Positions 51,380 to 64,000 of a stretch of DNA of 64,000 bases are shown one piece after another. Source of the stretch: Rhizodiscina lignyota (taxonomy: Eukaryota). Location: the NCBI GenBank assembly GCA_010015805.1, contig ML978127.1, positions 1,488,001 through 1,552,000 on the forward strand. Reading direction: 5' to 3'. Positions within the stretch are counted from its first letter, which is position 1, and each line of letters opens with the position of its first letter. Under the pieces are notes generated by a model that ran no database searches, was not told where the DNA came from, and was given only the letters and a program-made list of their open reading frames with translations. The position numbers and the translations under genes are program-made.

Positions 51380-51454
51380 CGCTGTGGGATATTAGTACGG
51401 CCGCGCTGATAGTTAGGCGATGATGTGACCATCGTGTACTAATATCCCACAGCG
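51380..51454. mobile_element. 75-bp mini-element with perfect 19-bp inverted ends, flanked by CAGG direct repeats
   Basis: CAGG|CGCTGTGGGATATTAGTAC...GTACTAATATCCCACAGCG|CAGG. Confidence 0.55.
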
Positions 51455-51467
51455 CAGGAGGTGATCA

Positions 51468-51477
51468 NNNNNNNNNN
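51468..51477. other. Assembly gap (10 N) followed by a poly-C run
   Basis: N run visible in the sequence. Confidence 0.99.
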
Positions 51478-52039
51478 CCCCCCCCCCGGCCCCTCCTTCG
51501 CCTCAGCGCTCCCCTGTATGTAAGCGGGTACTTCTCCTTATGAGCTTCCTTCCTTAATCAATCAACTCACATTGATCATTCGTGCTCCGTCGCTTTCTGT
51601 CTATACACTTGTTTTCAATAGAGCTTTCGCCCATTAAGACGTCTTCATCAATCTTGGTGACTCGGCTAAGAAGTTTGGCGAGACCTTCCTTCGAACCAAG
51701 GAACTGCTTCTTAGAATCGAAGAACCGTACTACTGATCGCGCGATGAGCTCCTGCAACGTCCAACCTCTTGTCACCCAGCGGCACCTTGCAATCAACGGT
51801 TCTAGCTGAGCGACAGTTATCGGAATCGGATCGGTCCTCCGCTGGAGGATTCCTTTCCAATGCCGAGAAGCCATACATCTTCGAGGTATACATAGCAATA
51901 CCTTGCTTGCTTGTACCACTCGAACATGGAGTTTATGGCTTCCGCCAACTTAACACTGCTGCTTTTGTCGATGCAAAATCCATTAACACTGACGACAACA
52001 TAGGAGTGATTAGCGCCTTCGCGTGACGTGTAATTTTCC

Positions 52040-53130
52040 ACTTTAGCTTGAATTCTAATTTTGTACTTTTTATTCTCCTGTACCTTTCGAACTACTTATT
52101 GTACGATTCTCTATTGGATTTATATACTCCCTGTGAGTAAGCGACTTTGTGCGTCTATGAAATCTCGTATAGTGGAACTGTTGCCGCCGTCGTATCTTCT
52201 AGACCTTTGAATGGATCTGTCAGAGAATTCTAAGTGCCAAGCCCTTTCAAACGTTTTATATCTCTTGTCATACAAGTCTCAATTGCGATACAGTTTCAAT
52301 TGCTTCAGAATTCGCTATTTCTAACTGTTGTTGTATCGGTTTCAGGCGCTGTTTGTACTAAGGGCTGAGATTTCACGTGGTTTATCACTATATATATCGA
52401 TCCGAGCTGCGCTCGAATTCTGGTAGCCAGATTGCCTTCAATTAATGCAATTTCGAATTAACAACACGTTTTCAATCTGCATTTCATAACAGATAAAATC
52501 TTTGACAGGATCTCGCCCTGTAAATACTAAAGAGATTGATCGGCTGGAAGTATATATGAGTATTAGCTTACTACTAGTCGATAAAGAGTTTAATTTTCTT
52601 TGGGCCTTTTCTAGCCCAGGCGTGGCACATGTTACTTCCTCTTCTTTTGTTTTAGATTGCCTTCAACTATTATTGATAGCAATAGTTTATAGAGAAATCG
52701 ATGCCTTTCTTCGATTAACTCCATGGCTAGGAACTCCGGTCCTAAGTAAAGCATTGATATACTCTTTAGACTCATGACCTTATCTAATCACAAACTTCCT
52801 GGTTTTATCTTCCGTCCTTCTTTATAGAGAAGCTATTAACTCTAAGACTAAAGACATCTCTTCTACGCCTTGTTCTTTCTGTCCTCCTTATTATACTCGA
52901 CCTTAGCGAAAGCGAGATACTATGGCTTAATCATTCTACCTGTCTATCATCGCTGGATACATTCGACTCTAAACGCGGACTAAAGAGATTTAGCGAGGCT
53001 TTCAAAGAATTAAAATTCCGAAGCTGTTTGAGCCCTTAGAACTGTTTGATAACTGTGAGAAGTCTAAACTTGTAGCAGAGCTTATTTGGTAAGCCTCGCT
53101 TAGCCACGATTTCTTTGACAGAGGCTAATT
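52040..53130. other. AT- and TpA-rich decayed DNA, consistent with a RIP-mutated repeat or gene remnant
   Basis: Visibly lower GC, many TA/TAA/TAG, no long ORFs; origin not identifiable by eye. Confidence 0.45.
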
Positions 53131-53556
53131 AGGAAAGATGTAATTGACACGGAGGCAGAAGAGTAGCGAGCTGGACATCAATTCGGTACCCACCGGCCTG
53201 GTGTGCACCCCTTACTTTGGCGTGGCCTGTTAAAAAGAACGTTGGTAGAGCTTTGGGCTGGTGCTGTCCAAGTTCAAGGCTGCTGTAAAGGATCACCTGA
53301 GACTTAGCATGCTGCATGTACCTCAGGAAAGGAGCAGCTCGGCCTCGGACGTGCGGCCTTACCGTAGAGTACGGTATCATACAATAACTTAGCGCTGACA
53401 ACTTGCTGCTCAAATATAGACATAGTTGCCACGAACTGTTTCCACAACAGTCATTGCCGACACTTATTTTGGATACATTCTTTCCAGTGGAAAGAGTTCG
53501 GCATGAGGCTGTGGTAATGCGACTAATTGGCGAGTTTTGGGCTGCTCAATGCCTAT

Positions 53557-53683
53557 CTACACTACCCTTCTCAGCCTCATACATACACTGCGCTCCTCTA
53601 CTCTTGCATATACTACGCTCCTCAGCCTTCTACCTGCACTGTGCTCCTCGGCTCCTGCATGCACTGCGCTCCTCAGCCTCCTC
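53557..53683. repeat. Degenerate tandem repeat, ~51-bp period (two ~25-bp subunits), ~2.5 copies
   Basis: Recurring ACT(A/G)(C/T)GCTCCTC units. Confidence 0.7.
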
Positions 53684-53963
53684 CAATTCCCAAAGGGCCA
53701 ACGGCACGTCTTTGTCGGAGCAAATCTTTCTAAGCCATCAATAAGCATGCTTCGAACTGATATTTGTGCTTAAATGGAGAGGTTACGGAGAGTCCGTAGG
53801 AGATGTTTTCCATTACTTTCTCCCAAGTCAGTATTCGCTTCAAAATCAATCTATCCCTCTACTACTCAAATTCACTATATAACTACGTGGCCGTGGCCGA
53901 ACCTTCCTCTCTAAACGTGATACACAGACCAGTTATTGAGCAAAGTCAACCATTACTACCACT

Positions 53964-54565
53964 ATGCGCCCTTTGAAGGCCCAGAACGGCGAGATTGAAG
54001 ACATCTCTAATGCCACGGAACTTGACAGCGCTCTCCAACAATGCGCTATCATATCTCATCGATGGGGTGGCGTTGAACTTACTTTCGACGAATTCACCGG
54101 ATGTATAGACTCCACTCGGAATAACAATACCAACGAAGCCGAAACGTACAAATAGCGATTCCAAAACCCTGATAAAGTTGCCTTCGATATAGAAGAAAAG
54201 GGGCTTTCGAAAGTTGCATGGGCCTCCTTGATGGCTCGACAATTTGGATACAGAGGAACGGACGTGGAGAAAGACGTGCAAGAGCATTTACATAAGGGGA
54301 AAGAGACATTCCAGTCGTTACAGTATGTCTGGTTGGATACTTGCTGCATTGATAAAAACAAAGTCATCAAGACCGACCAAGCAATCAATTCAATGTTCCG
54401 CTGGTATCAAAACGCCAAGGTCTGCTACGCCTATCTCGGCGATGTCTCCAACTACGAGTCTGAATGGCAAGAGGAGATGAGAAATGATGACGGACTCGTG
54501 CAAGCAGCAATAGGGCCCTTTGAAACAAGTGAGTGGTTTAAGCGGGGCTGGACATTGCAAGAACC
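53964..54565 (+). pseudogene. HET-domain gene, truncated, in-frame TAG at 54153
   Basis: AIISHRWGGVELTF; YVWLDTCCIDK; AINSMFRWYQNAKVCYAYLGDV; SEWFKRGWTLQE, after which similarity ends. Confidence 0.85.
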
Positions 54566-54862
54566 GCCTGCCCGTCCGAACCACTTTCCCTACTTAATCG
54601 GGCTTAGCTTCAGTTAGCGTAATCTATTACGACGCTAGTACTGAAGCGGTAGGACAGGGGATAAATACGTTTGAGAGATGAACTGCAAAAACGGGGGATA
54701 AATAACGCTAGCCGATCTGATAGACTAGATGCATTAACTAGCCCGCGCTATAATCCATCATAAGCTGATATAAAGTAAGAACAGAATGCCAGTCGTCGCT
54801 GCTGTTGTTCACACAATATCGTCAATTAGAAATTTTGAGAGAGGAATTTCAATTCAACCCAA

Positions 54863-56022
54863 ATGTCACTCACAAACCAAGCCGCGTGGCTAGATGAAGC
54901 GGGAAAGCCGCTGAGAATCGGTCCTGCAGACTTTCCCACAGCAGGAGAGGGCGAGCTCGTCATTCGAAACAAGGCCCTAGCTGTAAATCCATTCTCGTGT
55001 ATGTTCCCCCTCAAGCACTAAGCGCTCCGCGGACTTCGACTTATTATAGTCCGTACTATCAAACTCACACCTTACAGGCAGAATCCAGAAGACCGGCTTC
55101 TTCGTGACGGACTGGCCTTGTATACTTGACTACGACATCTCGGGAGAAGTCTATGAAGTCGGAACAGGAGTCAACAGATTCAAGAAAGGCGATCGAGTTG
55201 TCGCGTAAGTGCCTACCAGCCCGCTGAATACATGCTGCGAACTGATCATGTCGTCCTCTCAGGCAAGTGACGAACCTTGTCGACGGCGCACCTAAGTATG
55301 GCGCTTTTCAGCAGTTCTCGGTAGCCAAGGAGAGAAGAGTGGCGAAGATTCCAGACCATACCAGCTTCGTCCAGGCAAGTGTGCTGCCAACATGCTTCAG
55401 CACCGCACTCGTCGCACTCTGCGCTGAAGCAGGGAAAGGGTTCGGCCTGCCTGGTCCATCTCTCAGCCCAAAGCCGCTCGATAAGACAATTGTGGTATGG
55501 GGTGCCAGCTCATCTGTTGGCCTGGAGACTTTGCAAGTCGCGCGTGCCGCCGGAATCAATACGATTGCAACTGCCAGTCCTCGCAACTTTGAACTCGTGA
55601 AAGGCGCTGGTGCGTCGCAGGTCCTGGACTACCATGCTCCATCCGTCGTGGATGACTTGGTTCGAGCTGTCCGGAACGCGGAAGGACACTTCGTTGGTGT
55701 TATCGATTGCATCTCGGATGAAGAGCAGTCTCTCAGATGCTGCATTTCTGTGCTTAAGAATGTCGGAGGCGGCAAGTTGGGAAGTGTCAAGCCGGAAAAG
55801 GAATTGGAATTGCCGGACAACATCGAATTGTGCCGTATCTTCGGGTTTAACGACCTCACAGCTCCGTACTGGAAGGACTATCTGACACCCGCTCTTGAGA
55901 ACGGAACGTTGAAGTGTTTGCCGGAGCCGCGCGTGGTTGGAGAAGGCTTGGAGTGGCTTCAAGAGGCCTTGAATACGCTAGACAAAGGCGTAAGTGCAAC
56001 CAAGCTAGTTGTGACGTTGTGA
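54863..56022 (+). CDS. MDR-family zinc-independent oxidoreductase (enoyl-reductase/ToxD-like), 3 exons
   Basis: NQAAWL...LVIRNKALAVNP; DISGEVYEVGTGVNRFKKGDRV; GAFQQF; VWGASSSVG; KGVSATKLVV. Confidence 0.88.
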
Positions 56023-56199
56023 TAGAGATTACGCTGCAGTTGTTGGTAGAAAACGTATGCGTTCTACACAAGTTGCCATTATTTATGACTATGACCATTA
56101 GACGACTATTGATGAACTTCAAGCATCAAAGCTGGTTGCAACCGCCTGCGTTGCGTGATTGGTACTTCCATAATACAATCAGGCTTGCTGCCTCTAACT

Positions 56200-56425
56200 T
56201 ACACATTTTCCCCCATAAGGTCCGGACGACACGCTGAGTTTCCACAGTTCATCGTGGTCCTCTTTCTCCAGTACAGCAATCTTCGCACCGATGCCTTGCG
56301 TCTGGTAGCGTGAGAATTGCCATCCCCATTTGAGACCAGCCCCAAATAACTCGTCCACTACTTCTAGTGATGGGCCGCGTAAGTTGGGAATGATGAAGAC
56401 TCCAGCCAAGAAGAGAATGAGGCCT
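56200..56425 (-). pseudogene. Sugar-porter (MFS) C-terminal fragment
   Basis: FFLAGVFIIPNLRGPSLEVVDELF resembles the PETKGxSLEExDELF motif; the rest of the gene is absent. Confidence 0.55.
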
Positions 56426-56635
56426 GAGCATGTCAGCGAAAGTCGCGCGTCCGTTCTTCGGCGAGTAAGTAGGAATAAGGTTGTCGCGGGAAACGGCCCA
56501 CAGGTAGCCTATCCTAAACGGCCCGCAGGGGAGCGGCCCGCTTTTAACATTCAAGCTTTGATGACAACGCTAGGCTACATGTAGAAGGGGGACGAGCGCG
56601 CTTCTACCTCAGACCTATGCTAAGATGTATAGATT

Positions 56636-57750
56636 CTAGAGCTCGGGACGAGCGGGTACACTCTTGTCCCAAGACTCACTAAGAAGCTTCGCTTGTTCTA
56701 CGGCAGATCCAGCGGGAGGTGTTTGACCATCTTTACCACCATCGAAGGTCTCGATTGAAATAGGACCAACGAATCCTGTTTTTAGTATCGCATCCGTCAC
56801 CTGGTCGACGGGCAAGAAACCACCGCCTATGCTCGGCTTGGTACGCCATGCAGCAGCCCAGTATAATCTTGGTGGCCATTTCAATTTTTCGGGTTCGGCT
56901 GGGGACGGCAGCTTGTACGCGTCGCCAAGTTGAACAGAAAAGATTTTGTCGGGGGAAACTGCTTCTGTAAGCCGCTTCAGACTCATAGAGAAGTTTGCCA
57001 CAACGTTTGGTTCTTCCAGTTGACCGCTTGCTGTAGTTGGATCAGCCCACTCAACCGCAGCGATATGAAACGTGTCAATGCAAAGCCCTAGATTTGGACG
57101 ATTCGCTTTCCTGACAACCTCCCAAGCAGTGCTCCATGTCGGTGCCGCAGTTGACCAGCAGACGAACTCGAACGCGATGCGTTGTCCGCTGGATTGCAAT
57201 ATATCTGCCAGCTCTCCTAGATCTTCAGCGACTGAATCCAGGTTGGTCTGGGCGGAAGGTGATGCGTTGGCCGCGACCTATATCGCGACTTGCGTCAACA
57301 GAGCTGGGACTGGAGTGTGTAGTTGAGCTCACTTACCACTAGCATGTTCGTTCCCATTACCTTCATCAGCAAGCTCCACTGCCGCAAGTTCTCCCTTGCT
57401 GTCGTGGCCTGCTCGCTTCCTTTTGGCCAGCCCTCGGCCTCAAACAGAGCGACCGCTGAAACCACCTGCAGACCATGGGAAGTGCATAGCGTGTGCACTC
57501 GTTCCGCAGCCTGGAAGAGAAGCTTCCAGTCCCCTTCAGTGAAGTTGAAATCAAAGACGTCCCTTACGGAGAGTTTACAATTGAAACTTTGCTCCGTGTA
57601 GGGTATCAGGTCCCACATGTACACATCGATCCCTTCGAACCCGGCCTGCGCGAGAGCTGCGATCTTCTCATCCAACGGTATGAAACCACCTGGGATCAGT
57701 TGGACCCCAATGGAGACCGATGCGGCGACCTTTAGGTGAGTTGTGCTCAT
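56636..57750 (-). CDS. Xylose-isomerase-like TIM barrel, 3-dehydroshikimate dehydratase-like (2 exons)
   Basis: KIAALAQAGFEGID; RIAFEFVCWST; NRPNLGLCIDTFH; KIFSVQLGDA; GFVGPISIETF. Confidence 0.8.
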
Positions 57751-58577
57751 GGTTGCAAACAATTTTGACTTGATGCGTTGCGTGGTTCGTGTGGAACATG
57801 AGGGAATAGAAAACGGCGCTGTTAAAATACATATAAGCCCAACATGGGCGCAGTCGTCCATCTCCTTGTTGCGAACGTGACGTCAAGTCTCGTACAACAA
57901 AGGTGGCAGTGCTCGGACTTCGTAGTGGTGAGCATTGCTAACTTTGCTCCGACATTGCTCTATGCAGCAGGTTGCACATCTAAGAGGCCAAAGATTCCGG
58001 TTGGGGATGATATGCACGATCAGCCAATGTGCCCGACTCTTCCCAACATAGATTAGCGCCATCTCCTGCTCGGGACCTCACCTGCGTCCTCGGGGCGGTC
58101 AGACTCTGAGATCCCTGAGGCTGGAAGCCTGATGTCGTCACTAACATGGTAGTAACGCATTAGAAACTGGACCAGCTGAGCACTAGCTTTGCGTATAATG
58201 GAGAAATTTGTGGTTTGACATACCTTATACCCTCCCATTACGTGCTGTCATACAATTCTTATCCTGTAAGTCAATCCTTCACTTCCAAGCTTAGTCGAGA
58301 ACACAAGGTAGACCGCTGCTACAACTAGAGCTTCCATCAACCAATCGGGTATCAATCCTATCTAATAGTGGCTATCAATCAGCCGTCGTAAGCAAGATTG
58401 GTAGCTTCAATCAATTCAATCTAGCGGATTACCTGATTACAATCCGATTAATATACCTAGATAGGCATTTGTTGTACCTAAAGAAGTAAGTAGAAGGCTA
58501 TCAGCCCAGAATATCAGAACTTGGGGTTAGTATCTATTGCCTTAGTAACGAGACTCGGATCTATGCTTCTAATGGTA

Positions 58578-58821
58578 CAGGCGTGTAGTGATCCGCCGCC
58601 GCCACGTACCTCGATATTTAGTTCCTAATTATATTAGCTTTTTCAATATCTAATGAGGCTGTTTATAATACTGATAATAGTGTCATCTTACCTTAGTGGC
58701 AGTGTTAGCCGAACATCCTCAGCTGGGTATTAGCTGTAATAGGGGTCCTTAGCTCGTGCTATATGTCTAAAACTAGGAATAGAGGTAGGGGGGGTGGCCG
58801 CGGTGGATCACTATACGCCTG
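58578..58821. mobile_element. 244-bp MITE (Tc1/mariner-pogo type) with ~28-bp TIRs and TA target duplication
   Basis: Left end TA|CAGGCGTGTAGTGATCCGCCGCCGCCAC; right end, reverse complement, TA|CAGGCGTATAGTGATCCACCGCGGCCAC (3 mismatches); AT-rich non-coding interior. Confidence 0.8.
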
Positions 58822-59141
58822 TAATCGATCGAACTAGGAAGCGCAAGCAGCTTGTTTGTTTAGAGGCCAAACAAGCCTGCTTGCTTATGTGAGGCTTGAG
58901 CATATTTGGCTTGTCGACCACACTGGTCGCAGCATTTTCCGGAGCTGAATATGATCGTCAATTATCAAGCCAAACTATCAATTCCTGATGATAACATCTC
59001 TATTAGCGCGTCGACGTATACAGCCTATGATCCTTCTGTTGCGCGACTCGAAACCTAGATCCTCTACTCTAAAGGACAAGTAAGCGAACGATATTTTCCT
59101 GGTATTAGCAGCTCGCGCCTCGCAGTTCATATCCTAAGATT

Positions 59142-61580
59142 ATGGCATGGCTCGACGATGAAACCGAGTCACTTGTACAACAACTCTACGACGCGTGGAG
59201 TACTAATGCGGATCCAACGTCTTACCTGAACCTTCGCGACCAACTCTTAAGCCGACATGAACGAGTTGATACATGCATTGCAACCTTGAGGACCGTCGTT
59301 ACTGTGACGTGTCCCCAGATCACTGAGACGGAACGCTACTTCGATCCGAAATGGGAAGAGTTATTCACCCTGGCGGAGTCCATTGAGTCGAGTTCTGAGG
59401 AAGACGATTGTAACCTTGGAAAACGAAAGCGCACGTACAACGAAGTTCACCGTCTGCGTAATCTGGCCGTAGTCTCCGCGTTATGGTCGCCTGGCGTAGT
59501 CCGCCACTATGGGTGGAATAATGCCGCTCAAGGCTGTCTGCGCCTTTTGAAGACTTGCGCTTTGCGATTCCCACACTTCGGCAAACAATTGTGCCCCTAT
59601 CTCAACCGTGTCCTCCTTGACAGGCATTGCGAAGCAATTGTATCCGGTCATCTGAAGACTCTCAACGAAGCTCCATTACAATGCTACAGGGACCTGAATA
59701 TCTTGGCCGAGGGTGGTATCGTCCCCAACCCGGAGGCCGAGGAGTTGTGGGTAACTAGCTCTGATGGAGCGGTACCTGTCGATTCAAATGGCCATCTTCT
59801 GAAAGATGTGAGACCATATCATGTCCAGCAGCACCTTTTACGTCGCGACCGCTACGGCATGCTCGTCGCCAGGGGCGAGTGCCGAGATCCTCCGGTGATC
59901 ACCCATCAACAGTCCGACTTTTCACTCGCGCCTTCCATGTTTGAAGAATTCCTCGCACATGACGACGGTCTCCTTGAGACTATCCCGGGATTGACGATCG
60001 CTCCATCTGACATATTCACACCATTAGGGGTAAACTCCTTGTTGGATAGTCTTGTGTCCAGTGACCAGGCTGAAACTCTACCTCATGGTCCAAAGGATGC
60101 TTCCACCATCACTTTACCCAGCGACAATGCTGTCGATCTGGCGTTGAACCCTACAAGTGATGCTTCTACCATCACTTTACCTAGGGATGATGCTGTTGAT
60201 CTGGCGTTAAATCCGGACGAAGTGCCCATCTCGGACAATACCTTCAGCTCAGATGTGTCTGAGCAATGTCATGCAGAGAGTGATAACACTCCTAACATGG
60301 GCACTGGGACTGGAAAGAACAGCAGAAGGCGGTCGCAGGAGGGCAGTGTTGTCAGCCTTTCTAAAACCACAAGAGCGGCACGGCTTCCGGCTAGTTCTGC
60401 GAACCCCCGTGCCCGAATTGGCGCACCTGCCCAACCGAAGGGGAAGCCGACGATGGAAGATGAGTTGCGCAATAGATACAACCAGATGTTGTCCACGTAT
60501 ATTCAACGACTAAGTGAAGAAGCTGTGCCAGGCTACGATCAGCGACGAGTGCGATCGCAATGGCTCACCTCAGACACCAAATGGGCACGAATCTGGTCAA
60601 TTTCTGGATCCAAGAGCCTACTACCCGGCACCGCGACTTCCAAAGCCGATTGCGATGTTCTGTATTGTTCTGTAGATGGCATTCTCGAAGCAGCACGATC
60701 TGGCGAAGTATTCCAGAAGCCTGTGGTCATCAAGGAATCGTTCTCTGATGCGGGCATGCACAACTATGAACGCTTTTTGTCGTTGCTCGAGGATGCTTCG
60801 AGCTCTGATGAGCAGGTGGAAGTTAGATGCATCGACATAACACAGCCTATGCACGAAGCCCTTGGAAAATTTACCGCCTATCTCCGCTCGCGGCCTGGAC
60901 TTTCGGATGGACTGTGGATGTCGACTGCTCGCAGTGTCGTCAAATGTCATCGCCCGCTCTTCACCATGTTGAATCGTTTCCGGCTCTTGGAAAGTCTATC
61001 TGAAGGTCTCCACGATCGTCAATCCAATTTAACGCCGTCGCCTCCGCTAAAGCCTATGTCTGTCAGTTTCAATACCATTTCTTTTCCCGGTGCTTTCTCC
61101 GGTGCGTATCTCAATACTTCAGCAGGTAGCTGGCAGCGTAATCTGTCTGGTGTGAAACTCTGGGTCTTTGTGCCGGAGACTGGAGTGCCTTTAGACGAGC
61201 TTGCTAATTTAGCGAATGAAGGAAATGACTGGCTGCCGCGAGGGAAGCAGCGCTTGGTTGTCTTGGAAGAAAATGATGTGCTATTTGTTCCTCCCGGGCT
61301 GCGACTCGTGCAGGCTTGGCACGCGCCGACGACTTGCTTGACCGAGCAAGGGATGTTGTGGGATGATCTTAATATCTTGTCGATCGTAGAGAGCATAACC
61401 TGGGGTCACGAGAATCAGGCTATTCAAGATGATCGTGCTTCACAGCAGCTCTTTCGCATGATAAACAACCTTGACCGCCTGATTAGGGAGCAACCTGATC
61501 GATTCAGGAGAAGCATGGCGCAGGACGAATTCATAAGTCGTTTCCGCGAGGCCGGTCAGTCATGGCTCGTTTCCTGTTAG
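59142..61580 (+). CDS. 812-aa protein with a C-terminal JmjC/cupin-like domain (metal ligands apparently degenerate)
   Basis: KPVVIKESF; GAFSGAYLN..GSWQRNLSGVKLWVFVP; LEENDVLFVPPG..LVQAW; intronless. Confidence 0.7.
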   Translation: MAWLDDETESLVQQLYDAWSTNADPTSYLNLRDQLLSRHERVDTCIATLRTVVTVTCPQITETERYFDPKWEELFTLAESIESSSEEDDCNLGKRKRTYNEVHRLRNLAVVSALWSPGVVRHYGWNNAAQGCLRLLKTCALRFPHFGKQLCPYLNRVLLDRHCEAIVSGHLKTLNEAPLQCYRDLNILAEGGIVPNPEAEELWVTSSDGAVPVDSNGHLLKDVRPYHVQQHLLRRDRYGMLVARGECRDPPVITHQQSDFSLAPSMFEEFLAHDDGLLETIPGLTIAPSDIFTPLGVNSLLDSLVSSDQAETLPHGPKDASTITLPSDNAVDLALNPTSDASTITLPRDDAVDLALNPDEVPISDNTFSSDVSEQCHAESDNTPNMGTGTGKNSRRRSQEGSVVSLSKTTRAARLPASSANPRARIGAPAQPKGKPTMEDELRNRYNQMLSTYIQRLSEEAVPGYDQRRVRSQWLTSDTKWARIWSISGSKSLLPGTATSKADCDVLYCSVDGILEAARSGEVFQKPVVIKESFSDAGMHNYERFLSLLEDASSSDEQVEVRCIDITQPMHEALGKFTAYLRSRPGLSDGLWMSTARSVVKCHRPLFTMLNRFRLLESLSEGLHDRQSNLTPSPPLKPMSVSFNTISFPGAFSGAYLNTSAGSWQRNLSGVKLWVFVPETGVPLDELANLANEGNDWLPRGKQRLVVLEENDVLFVPPGLRLVQAWHAPTTCLTEQGMLWDDLNILSIVESITWGHENQAIQDDRASQQLFRMINNLDRLIREQPDRFRRSMAQDEFISRFREAGQSWLVSC
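60096..60215 (+). repeat. 63-bp in-frame tandem duplication (2 copies)
   Basis: DASTITLPSDNAVDLALNPTS / DASTITLPRDDAVDLALNP. Confidence 0.9.
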
Positions 61581-61784
61581 AATGGAATGAAACAATAGAA
61601 TACCATTGAGGCGGTCATTGGCATGTTTTGTTAAGCGAATCTTACATTGAATTGTTGAATATAGTGAGCATTCTCGAAAAGGCTTAGAAAGTTTGTGAAT
61701 TAAAGGATTGGGAGGGCCGAGGGAGGAGAGGGCTCCCTGACCGATTATATACACTAAAATAAGGAGAAAGGCATCGGAAATGAA

Positions 61785-61828
61785 GACTCCGAAGCCCACG
61801 GCGACTCTGAAGCCCACGGCGACTCCGA
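61785..61828. repeat. 18-bp tandem repeat, ~2.5 copies
   Basis: GACTCCGAAGCCCACGGC GACTCTGAAGCCCACGGC GACTCCGA. Confidence 0.85.
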
Positions 61829-62229
61829 GCCGTGCAGTTTGACTGACTCGTTCAACATGTTTAATTTACGTGGAATCCTCAACAGATGGCTGGAAACTAT
61901 CAAGTCATGTGTAGAGTAACGAGCATGATGCAGAAATGAAGTGGTATTGAGGTTGCTGGGCCGCCATATTGATGGGGGCCGGACTGTACTAAATACAGGC
62001 AAAATTTCTAGGGAACGCGTACGGCCATACCCTTTCCCATACTGCTTACTTGACAGAAACATAAGTTGCCCAATCCAGCATCGTTCCACAGAATAGTGCG
62101 GAGTAGGCAGCATGCGACATGTTCGTCAGTCCGGCAGACTTTGCGTAGGTGCGTCCAGCCTGAATTTCTATACAACATATCCTGTCTTTGAAACAGTGCA
62201 ACAAAGTTGAAGTGTTCCGCCATCTGGTG

Positions 62230-64000
<1,771 letters not shown>

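Larger units (their letters stand above)
50328..52000 (-). pseudogene. HET-domain (HET-E-like N-terminus) gene, fragmented; spans a TIR insertion and the assembly gap
   Basis: CIDKSSSVKLAEAINSMFEWYKQA..CYVYLEDV; RWVTRGWTLQELIA; ISWVAGR..RLEDEAYCLLGLF / VNIPMLYGEG..AFTRLQ..DQSIFAW. These lie in different frames with stops. Confidence 0.8.

Overview
Intron-rich DNA from a filamentous ascomycete (Pezizomycotina-like). The first ~50 kb is mostly conserved housekeeping genes: CutC (partial), SWF1, RAP1, NCE101, LSB5, a NUDIX hydrolase, an HD-domain protein, an NAD(P)H reductase, an amino acid permease, NAPE-PLD, HSE1, STE20, an NCS1 permease paired with a 2OG-Fe(II) oxygenase, and eIF1A. From ~50 kb the window looks accessory: HET pseudogenes, an assembly gap, AT/TpA-rich decayed DNA, two small TIR elements, a JmjC-like gene and a BVMO. 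The main observation is a compact 4.1-kb candidate fungal RiPP (dikaritin-like) cluster at 26461-30598. It has three spliced DUF3328/UstYa genes, one of which has lost all four HxxHC histidines, and a 52-aa secreted single-core precursor candidate ending ...LAIR-EVVEEYDGDAESW. The cluster lies between the N-terminal and C-terminal halves of what looks like one broken het-6-like gene. Features missed by the ORF track include a 47-aa Cys-rich CaaX micro-protein (15162-15305), a 3-exon small secreted protein (24026-24536), NCE101, and a possible intron-containing structured small RNA (~7014-7187). All family calls come from recognising motifs by eye; no searches were run.
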